32,790 nt of DNA from Collodictyon triciliatum (taxonomy: Eukaryota): positions 1 through 32,790 of the forward strand of contig JBHJMP010000907.1 in the NCBI GenBank assembly GCA_043381765.1. Reading direction: 5' to 3'. The translations under genes were made by a program, and so were the position numbers. The stretch's first letter is position 1. Every line of letters begins with the position of its first letter. Under the pieces are notes generated by a model, which had not been told where the DNA came from, did not search any database, and worked only from the letters and a program-made list of their open reading frames with translations. Below, piece by piece: positions 1 through 9,940 of this stretch.

Positions 1-20
1 CTGGGGCAGTTTGTGCTTAC

Positions 21-195
21 CTCGAAGGCGGACGTAGCAGCCGGCTCCGTACAGGTTCAGCTCCTGGGCTCTCTTTGATCGGCGGATCGGTGTGGCCGAG
101 GGGTCTTGGTCGAGTTGTGTCCTCGATTCTCGTGCGTTCGAGTGTGTTTGTCTCAAGCTTGCGCTTTCGACCTCCACACTCGAGTCGGGCTCCAT
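21..195 (-). CDS. Possible first coding exon of a divergent gene running off the left edge
   Basis: Minus-strand ATG at 195 opens MEPDSSVEVES...CYVRLR and ends at a strong donor AG|GTAAGC (plus-strand cttac at 16-20). No recognisable homology; the 17-307 frame is an alternative. Confidence 0.3.
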
Positions 196-625
196 GAGTT
201 GTTCCCGACAAGATCGAAGAGATTATGGTTGGATTAAACCAGACGAGATCAGCAACCCACACAGATACAGCCATCAAGGCCAACAGCAAGTTACCGAAAG
301 CTGCCATTTAGGGAGCAGACTTGTGGTCGTGTGGCGATACGACTGGGATTGGAAGGTCAGCTCGCAATCGGCAAAGTTTCCATTCAAAATATGCTGCATA
401 AATAATACTGTATGTAATTAACCATAGATAATATACTGCGATATATGTCTCCTTGTGGAATTCCCATTTCCAGCCATTCACTTCGAGCCACACGCCACTT
501 GGATCACACATCCACCTGCGCGCGAGAACCCGGTGCGATCGGACTTCAAAGGGCAACACAGACACAGCAATCGCAGAGAACGGAAGCAAGGGCTAAGCGC
601 ACTCTAAACAGCAGACTCAAGTTTC

Positions 626-3600
626 ATGGCCGCGGATCTGTCAGCGATTGTCGCTTTGCTTCCTCCAGTTGGATCGGGTCGAGCAGCTTCGCACGCGACC
701 AAAGACGATCTGACGCAAATGACCCTGATGGACTTGAGTTGGAAGGGAATCACAGAGTTGAGTGAGGCTATTGGGCTTTTGAGAAACCTTCTCGAGCTCA
801 ACCTAGCAAAGAACGAGGTTTCAGTTGCTTATTTTTTCCCCTCATTTTTGTTATGGCCAATGATATTTCAGACTTTTAAGTTGCCTCTCTTCTGATAGAA
901 ATGGTCCAAGCCATCCCCTCTCTGTCCTTTTCTCTCGCAACCTTCCATTCTTTGTCCATTTACCTTGTGATGCCCACAAACTTCCTTAGTTAACTCTAAT
1001 TCCGGAGAGCATCTCTTCCCTAGTGGACCTGATCTCTCTGTCTCTTGATGAAAATCATGTAAGAGTTTAAACCATTCCCACGCATACAAAGCGCAACCAC
1101 ACGCTCAATTCTATATCCAACACAGATATCGGAACTGCCTCAGTCAATTTATCGACTCAGCAATCTGACCTATCTGTCGGTATTTCATAACAAAGTAGGG
1201 TTCTTTTCTCACAAGCAAGAAAACCACACATGTATTACTCATTATATTAAGACACAGTAATGCCATTATAAGGGTTGCTGATGGATACAGAATCCATTCA
1301 TCAACCGCAAATATTGATCACTTCTTTTACACTAGCTGTCTTACCTTCCAGACTCTTTTCAGAATATGCATAAATTGAAGCACTTCAACGCCGTGCGAAA
1401 TCAGGTTATTTTGAACATATCCCATCGATTACTTCCCACTCAAAACGCCAACTGGTGGCACAGTGATCAGATAGTGCATCTCAAAATCTATTGACCCCCT
1501 CGATATCTTATTTTATGGCCATTAATGCGGCCAAATGAATCTCACACCTTACTTAACTCTATTTCCTTACAGTAAAACATGTGTTATCGTCTTATTTAGA
1601 AAAACCCGATTTTCCCCACTCTAATTTTATTATTCTCTTTTTTCGACACCAAATCCAGATCCGTATCCTGCCACCCTCATTCACTCGTCTGGTCTCTCTT
1701 GAGGAGCTTCATGTTGCTTACAATCAAGTAAGCCATTTTTTTTTTTTTATTCTTCCTTTCAATTTTGTGCAGGATGGTGGAAACAATCAAGTACGTTATA
1801 TACAACATAAACACAACTGTTTCATAAAAGGAACCAACGTGAGAAAAAAAAAAAGGAAAAATAACACGTATAAACTAATCTTTTCAGCTGGGCCTTCTGC
1901 CGTTTGGAATCAGCTGCATGACAAATCTTCGATGCATTACATGCCAATTCAATCAGGTGCCTCTCATACCAAATCTCAGAAAACCCTCCAAATACGTGAA
2001 CACATCGCATATGCACTTGAATTTCACCCCTTATTCTCAACTATTCATTCCAAATCACCAGCTTACTGCTATCCCTCATTCGATCGGCCATCTCACCAAA
2101 CTGACTGAGCTCCGTCTCGGCTGCCGCTCCGGGTCACTGGAAAACCTGCCAAACTCAGTACTTGTTTTAATTATCTTGCCTTTTGCATCAAAGAGTAAAC
2201 ACGAATGCACCTTTGACCTAGAACCATAGCTGACCCAATTTTAAACAGATAAAATTATAAATACTACTCACTAATTCAAACATACAAATGCAGATGACCA
2301 AGCTCCCACTTTCCATGCTGAATCTAAAGAGCCTGCGTCAATTGGAGGTTGCACATGTGCCTCTGCAATTCCCACGCCCATCCGTGATTGAAAAAGGGAT
2401 TTCCGCTCTGCGAGAACATCTCTTCAACTTTGCACACGAGCTTGTTCCCCTCAACTATAGCCGTGTTGTTGTGATGGGGCCAGCAAAATCAGGCAAAACC
2501 ACGCTGATCAACACGCTCGTACAGCAGGCCGCTGCCCACTCGGACGCATACGTGCCGACAAACGGAATTGAGATTTGCCGAGAGCCGTTTTCTGTGGCTT
2601 ACGAAGGTGACTTCATTTCGGTGTTTCTATGGGAGTTTGGCGGGGCCGCCATCAGCCGGATCTACTACCCGTTCTTCCTCTCATCGCAGGCGCTGATCCT
2701 CCTCACCTGGGACGCCGCGGACGAAGTAGATATGACAGATTTGCAGGAGTGGGCTCAGCTTGTGCATCTCTTTGCGCCAAGCGCACCTGTCATTGTGGTA
2801 GGCACGCATATGGATCAGGTTGCCGCCGAAGGGATGCCGCAGGCTGAGGCGCGTCTGGACGCGATACGCCGAGTGCTCCTCTCGCCCGAGCACCGTGTCA
2901 ATGTGGTGGACTTTTGCATGGTGCAGAATGCTTTTGACAATGCTCTGCTGAGGCTGCGTGCACAGATGACCCGAGCCATGAGCACGCACGGAGGTGCGCG
3001 CGACTTGTATCCAAACTACTTTCTGCAGTTCTCGCGAGTCACAGACAGCTACACACGATACCAGCCAAGCCCCGTGGCGTGCACAGCAGACCTGCACGAA
3101 AATCTGCGCATGTACCGCCCAGCCATGCTCCTGGACCAGACATTAGCCAAGCTTCACGACCTCGGCATGATTGTGTGGCCCGACCATCCGGCACTGCAGG
3201 ACTTTGCTGTGTGCCATCCGCTCTTTCTCATCCGCCTGTTTGCTCAGGTCTTTTTCCTCGGCCGCACACGCACGGATATGGGCTTTGTCCCGACCGACCG
3301 CCTGCTGGCTCACTACGAAGACACCTTTCCGGGCTTTGCAGAGGCGGCTGTGGCGCTCCTCCGGCGCTTCTTCCTATCATTCTCCTACGTGCTAGGCCAA
3401 TTTGAGGTCTTGCCAGCCCTCATGGCCGACAGCTCGCCCCATCCAAGTATCTGGTCCTGGTTCGGCTCCATCCCCAATTCTGCACACTGTCATGGGCCCG
3501 GGCTTGGACTCGCCCATGTGGAAGTGACCCTCAATGCCCTACCGCCTCTCGTCTTCCACGCCCTTGTATGCCAGCTTTATCCCGACTTCTGGCACGAGTT

Positions 3601-5110
3601 TGACGAGCTGCCTGCGGCCACCTACGAACACATCTCGGCAAATGTTTTTGCATTCATCCTCCCGCGACTCGGCGACACTCACAAAAGCCCAGCTTATCGC
3701 GGCTGCATCGCACGTCTGCCAGCCACTGATCCGCGTATCTTTCTCTCTGCACAGGCGCTAGCTCCGACGCCAGATGCAACCTCGTTCCACTGTCTGCTTG
3801 ATCTTCTGGAGCGCGTGACTCGCGCACTGGCCGCTCTCCGGTGTGTTTGCGTTGAGTCTCGCTTTCTCTTGTGCCCCGTGTGTGCGCAGACACAGCCATC
3901 GCTTGAATGCTGTGGCCGGATCCCGTTAGATCTGGACGAGCTGGGGCAGATTGCTCCTTCTCAGCTCATCCTCTGTGCAAAGGAGGGCATTGGCCATCAG
4001 CAGGCTGTTTGGGTATCACAGCTCGGGGTAGCTGGCGATAAGAGCATGCGCGGTAACGAGAATCCAGACAAGGATTGGTGGCGGCTGCAGCCCGGATGCC
4101 AGCGTCCAGAAATCGACGGGTGTTTCCTACCCAGTCTGCTGCAGATTGAGGCCACACCCGCACGCATGGGTATTGGCTCAAATCTCATCTTCCATGTGCT
4201 TTGTGATCGACCACACAGCCCGCATCGGACAGAGTCGCTAGGCATCCACGTCACCACACGGCAGATGATGGACAAGAAGCCGTGGCTCCACTTCCTGCTG
4301 CGTTTGTGGAAGCCACGCGTGTCCAACGCCCGCATCGAGGCTCTTGAGAATGTGGATGAGAAGGAACTGGCTGCGTGGTTGGTGCTCAAGGGTGCGCGGC
4401 CCTTTCGTCTGCCCCTGACGAGCGCTTTCCGTGACATGCTCTATGCAATGGACCCCCGCGAGGAATGGCGCTTATTTCTGCAGCCAAGTGTCTTGACTGA
4501 CCATCAGCCTCGGTATCTGTGCAAGCATTGCTCCTTTCTAGCTGAGCAAGGCTGGACTTCACAAATCTCATTCACACAGACAACCATCGGTGGGTATATG
4601 CTGTACCGCCATGATTCCATCTTCAAGCCGTGGGAGCGGAGATACTTTCTTTTGGATAAGGCGCGACGGTGTTTGGTGCGCTACTACGACTCCTCCATGG
4701 TTGGACAGACTGGCGTAATATCACTCTCTGGTTCTTATCAGGTTAGAACCCATAGGCTCTCTTTTCTATCTGCTTTCCCTCCATTCTTTTTTTCTACTTT
4801 ATTTTTTCCACTCTTTTTCCTTTTTCCTCTGTACTTTGTTTAGTAAGTGTATACTTCCAATATTAGGTGTCCATACATAATTATGGTGACGATATGGCTG
4901 GGTTCCAAATGATTGTGGATGGAATTATCTACCAGTTTCGTGTACGATATTATATATTTTGTGCATCTAACTTCGTTTTTAGAATTTGTGCAGGGCTTTT
5001 ATCTCAGAAGAGAATTTACAACGGAATCTCCTTATTAATTGTGTATTCTCATTAAGGTGAAAACCACTATCGAAAGAGATTCGTGGGTTGTGCAACTTCA
5101 GAAATGCTGA
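626..5110 (+). CDS. Roco-family protein: LRRs + Roc GTPase + COR + Cys/His-rich region + C-terminal PH domain, no kinase (~1,069 aa)
   Basis: Exons 626-817, 990-1058, 1126-1194, 1336-1404, 1659-1727, 1888-1956, 2062-2157, 2294-4741, 4867-4941 and 5057-5110 join in frame across GT-AG introns. LRRs such as ISELPQSIYRLSNLTYLSVFHNK; LRR cap PLQFPRPSVIEKG; P-loop GPAKSGKTT; switch I PTNGIEI; G3 WEFGG; Roc-type G4 VGTHMD; COR-like LAKLHDLGMIV; PH motifs GGYML...KPWERRYFLL...ERDSWVVQL. Confidence 0.9.
1734..1782. repeat. Short dispersed repeat, copy 1 (Roco intron 1728-1887)
   Basis: caT(n)attcttcctttcaattttgtgcaggatggtggaa closely matches 13199-13243. The reverse complement ends in AATAAA plus an A run. 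Confidence 0.6.
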
Positions 5111-5313
5111 GTGTGGCATTCACATCATGGCAATGGCACGCCCTCATTGCTCTTTTAACGGCGATGGAATTTAGATGTTCATTTACCAGGATGAGGCTAC
5201 ATGTCATTCACAGCCAATCCTCCATCTCCTCCTCATTTGTCTTTCATTCTAATACCCAGCAGATTTAATGAATTACGACTCGTATCGCCAGCATTTATTT
5301 GCATGAACGCAAA

Positions 5314-5715
5314 TCAGACATCCGATGGCTGAGAGTCGGAGAAGTAGTCGGTAATCAGGAATTGCATCCTGCGGTTTGGCCTGTAGCCTGGGTCTTGTGC
5401 TTGCATGAGAGATACAAGGGCGAGGTTTAATATCCTTCTCAGCTTTTTTTCCACATGTCTCTTCTCACAGGGTCTGGGAAGTAGAGAATATGCAGGTGGC
5501 GAAGGAAGCTGTTGAGGAGTGAGATTTGTATGATGTCATCCAGCCTGTTATCAGGAATGGATGGCTGGTTGTTGAGTCTTGCTTTGCGTGAGTATATGCG
5601 CGCTATCCACATAGTCCATAGCAAATGGCCTCGCGTCACTGCCCAGAATGTTTTTGTATCTGGATGTGTTAGCATTTGGGATGAATCCAACCAAAGCAAG
5701 CATGACTGCTCAGGC
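5314..5715 (-). mobile_element. Putative 5'-truncated non-LTR retrotransposon ORF2 C-terminal fragment with one frameshift
   Basis: FWAVTRGHLLWTMWIAR resembles the WxxWxxRN segment that follows the C-terminal zinc finger of L1/Tx1-type ORF2. After a shift in an A7 run (5444-5450) it continues LRRILNLALVSL...QFLITDYFSDSQPSDV*, with AATAAA ~15 nt past the stop. No RT motifs, poly(A) tail or TSD seen. Confidence 0.35.
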
Positions 5716-5980
5716 TAGGCGAAGGTAATTGAAAACTTAACCCTGAAATAAAGAAATCCCGGTTTCTCCCATATCGTCGTTCGCTGAAAAACTCGAGCCG
5801 AGATGGAGCGCCAACTTTAGGTAAAGATTGAACCGCAGGAAACCTGAAGCCTTAATTTTGCTGTATAAATTCGTATTTGACACCAGAGCTTTCTCTAAGA
5901 AAGACAATGTAATGTTTTTTCAAGCTAATTGCTTATTTGAAGAAAAAGAATTTAAATTGTGCCCAAAGAGCAAGCCAGTA

Positions 5981-8000
5981 TCATTTTTTCGCGTCTGTAA
6001 CCTGGACATTCTCTTCCATAAACAAACCTCTATTTCTCTCAAAGAAGTATCTAAAATAAAAAGCGAAGCGTAAAACTAGTTCCGAAAACGAGGATGTTGA
6101 TAATGCTACTTTGCAAGAAAGAAACTGCAATCCATCGAAGGTTATGTAGTAGTCCTCTTTAAAGGTTTCCCCAAAGTTTAGCTTGCAAAATGCGGCCACC
6201 AAAAAAGACCACGCAGTCCCCACCACGGCAAAGAATGCAGTTTTTTATGCCAAGGTGAAAGTACCGAGTATGATACACTAATTAATATTCAGAATGTAAA
6301 AGAACCAAATTGCCACTCTCCTATCTCACATAGTATTACAAAGGTCAAAGACACTTTAAATATTTAAAAAAAAAACATACCAAAAATCAAAAGACTCCAA
6401 CATGTGTTTTACCATCGCAATTTTTGAAGCTGTGATAGTATGTCTAATCGAAAAAGCAGCACTAATACATGATATCAGTAAGGTTGTCAGTTGAGTTGAT
6501 TCCCAATTTTTTTTTTTTGGTTTCTTTTCAACAGTTTATTGAGAGAAAACAAAGCCGAGGAAACCGCCTTCGCCTCTAGGACAAGAAATGAGCTGTGGTG
6601 AGTTGATTCCCAATATTTACTTCTATGGCCATAGAAAACGAAAAGAAAATCGAAAAAAACGCAGGTCACAATTCCGATGAAATTGTAAACTCTGGGTTCT
6701 AACACCTTCGCGATATTAGGAAATCATAACTTGATAATTTGATGATACAGATATTGGTGCAGGTCATAATCTACAATTTTAGTCTCGTGTATACCATGCA
6801 CAAGGTATCTTCTAAGGTCAATTTTTTCCCCGCCTTTCCTCTGCAGCAGAGCCATCTTTTATCTTATTTCCTCCAGAAAATCTTACTCCAATATTGTATG
6901 GCTTCTCATCCAAATTAACATCCCCGAGTATTACCTGGTTGCAAGCAACAGATATGTCCTCTTTGTCAAGACCAACATCAGGGCTGATTATGATTTATTT
7001 TAAATCTAGCTTATCATCACCCGTAGGATTTTTTGGGTTCTGGATTGGATATAAATCTGATAGAAACGTAATTGTATTTGATCTTCAGGGAGCGAGGTGA
7101 GTGTAGTTGATTAGATGAATGTAAATTCAAATACGATAACATTATCAAGTGCTTGTAGTCATGTATCGGCGAACTCAACGTCCGTAGATTCGTAATATAT
7201 TATAGAATCTTCAAAATCGATTAAGTTGAAAGACAAAATGGAGATAACTGACAAATATGTGAGAGTACCCACAAATGATAGAAAGACCATGTGCTTGAAT
7301 TACTTCGTTGCGTTTGCATCAGAATTCTGCTTCTAAATGAGTGTGTGGCGGCACACAGCGTACTCAACTTTAATCCCCATGACAAGAGGAAGCATAGATG
7401 GAATGATATGGGACTCCACAGGGCGTAAAGGAAGTTGAATGATTTGATCAGTTCCTTAACAATCCCAACGCGAATAAACAGCAAATGCTGCGCGCATAGA
7501 CCGAAGGTGGAGGCACGTTGCATAATAATGTAAACAAGATCGGGCAACATAGAATAACCAAAGCACGTTGCAATATATAGAATGTCGCAGATAACCCACA
7601 GAATGGACATTAAAAAGGCAAACATCATATAATAATAAAAGCGATGTACCTTTCTCTACAGGACTGGATCTTTAGCCAGAAAAGACATTACTGTTTCATG
7701 CGTCTATAAGCTATGTTGACTTTGGCAGACCCCGTTGGACTTTTGAGCAACTGAGTCGCCCGTAATTTGATGCAGAATTTGCTCCTCTCCGCAAACCAGC
7801 GTTTTCCCTGGCATTCTCGGCAACACAACACACCTGACTCTTGTTTTTCCGTTTGGCATTTGGCCCTCCTTGCAGTGGACGGGCACAGACTCTGTGAATG
7901 ACACATCGCGCAACACCCAAATATCTCCGTGGTGTTGCGAATGTTCTCCAGCCGGGTCACGGCCGAGAGAGCGGACTTTCATGCTGTCACGGAGCTGCAA
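5981..8000 (-). pseudogene. Decayed, apparently intronless multipass membrane protein gene with two homologous halves
   Basis: Both hydrophobic halves carry a similar motif (IVKELIKSFNFLY near 7430-7465; MVKHMLESFDFWY near 6378-6415). The frame is broken by frameshifts and TGA/TAG/TAA stops, e.g. NTM*DRRVAIWFFYILNIN*CIILGTFTLA*KTAFF. The 5' limit (7660-8000) is uncertain. Confidence 0.6.
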
Positions 8001-8106
8001 GTGTCAAGGCCGAATACCACAGGGGATGAGCGCTCGCGAGTTTTATTTCTCATATATCCAAACAAAAGTTTGTGCGAGTGACAAGTTTTCTCGTTTTGCA
8101 GTGGTT

Positions 8107-8299
8107 TAGGTTGCGACTCAGCTCATAGTCGGCGAAAAGGAGGAAAGGGTGTTTGCAACTAACCATTATGGAATATATTACAATATAATTAAAACAAGCT
8201 CTTGACATGCAATTTATTTATTTATAGCCCAAAGTCATTATTAATTTTATTATTTTCTGCAACTGTATTCTTTACGACACAGCCAGGATTCGCAACCTA
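8107..8299. mobile_element. MITE-like element (~190 bp)
   Basis: Perfect 10-bp inverted repeat TAGGTTGCGA (8107-8116) / TCGCAACCTA (8290-8299) with TA outermost and an AT-rich non-coding interior. Only one copy in the window. Confidence 0.35.
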
Positions 8300-8569
8300 T
8301 TCCAGTCACCATACTTTGCCACCACGCTCATCTCTCGCAAGGGAAGCTATGCGACGCTTGGTTTATTTATGATAGTTGCACATCTTTCTAGCAGAACGAA
8401 CAATTTGCATTGTTTTATATCTTCGTATGACGCACCTATGATAAAGAGATATAGAATCTCTATTGTAAAGAACTGGAAGGAGATAGATCGGCTTTTTTTT
8501 TTTTTTTGGGCGCACGCAGGCAAGCAGCCTCTGAACTACACAACAGTTGCGCATTCCGGTGGCTTCGGC

Positions 8570-9884
8570 ATGGAAGAGTCGCACGTTTCTAAGGATTCGC
8601 CCTGCTTTCAAGTATTGGCCACACAAAGCCTTCATTTTCGGGTGAGGGAACTGTCCCTTTTTCTTCATTCTTCATTCTTCATTCTTCATTCTTCATTCTT
8701 CATTCTTCATTCTTCTTTTTCTTCATTTTCTTCATTTTCTTCATTTTCTTCTTTTTCTTCATTTTCTTCATTTTCTTCATTTTCTTCATTTTCTTCTTTT
8801 TCTTCATTTTCTTCTTCTTTTTTCCTTTTTCTTTTTTCTTCTTTTTTCTTCTTTTTTCTTCTCTTCTCTTATTTTTCTTCTTCTTCTTTTTTCTTCTCTT
8901 TCTTCTCTTCTTTTTTCCTTTTTCTTCTTCTTTCTTCTTTTTTCTTCTTTTTTCTTCTTTTTTCTTCTTTCTTCTTCTTTTTTCTTCTTTTTTCTTCTTT
9001 TTTCTTCTTTTTTCTTCTTTTTTCTTCTTTTTTCTTTTAATTTATCCCATTTCTTTGACAATCTTCCATGGCTCCCTGTTCATGATGAGACCTCTTTTTT
9101 TTTTTTTTAGCCCGTGGGTTTATCATGGTGTCCGAGTATGGAGATTGTATTCGTCCAAAAGTCAGACACATCTGGTGTCGTGATGCGAACAGACAAGTAC
9201 AAAGTCTCGACAATCACGACACAGAGCCCCATCACTGGCCTGTTCTGGAGATCAGATGGTTGGTTAAGTTATCCCTTAAACACAAGAAAAGAAAATCTGT
9301 AGATGAAAGCACGCAGATGAAAACGAATGCTCGAGTACACTTTTACTGATACCTTTTTGGTGGACGTGCCTTTTGGCTCGGTGCCATTACTTTTATTCTC
9401 TATGGTCACTGCACTTAGGCCGCCAGATTGCATTTTCTGAACAGTCTGGCGTTTTGACTGTTTTCGATGTTGCCTCTGGAAATGTATTTTATAGTCGCCC
9501 TCAATCAGATGTAAAGCTTTGCAAAGTAACTTGGGTCGATTGGCAAACAGACGACTACAGGAGACCCAGCGATGTTTGTCACATTATCTGTATTATTTGT
9601 GCCATACTTAGCTTCTATTTCTCCTTATACCAGCACAACGAAAGACCATATCTTACCGGATAAGAAAACAAAAGCAAAAACAAACAAGCAAAATATGTAA
9701 AAAAAAAATTATTTATTTTTACCAATTTGATAATCAACTAAATACAGGAGAGAAAATTGGTGCCGTTTCGTTCAAGAGTACCGCTCGATCTTGTTCCAAT
9801 CACGTTTGTTTATTTGTGATAAAAAAATATTTACTCATCACGGATCCAAACCAAACTGGGCCTCGCAAATACTTGAACTTTTGC

Positions 9885-9940
<56 letters not shown>

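Noticed and set aside
5981-7660. In-frame TGA/TAG/TAA as evidence of a reassigned genetic code
   Set aside because: Frameshifts co-occur, and the intact genes have no internal stops and end normally in TAA or TGA.
8369-9061. Low-complexity F/S-rich and K/E/R-rich ORFs (also 13946-14430 and 19230-19553)
   Set aside because: Translations of intronic simple repeats; only 8570-8641 of this interval is coding.
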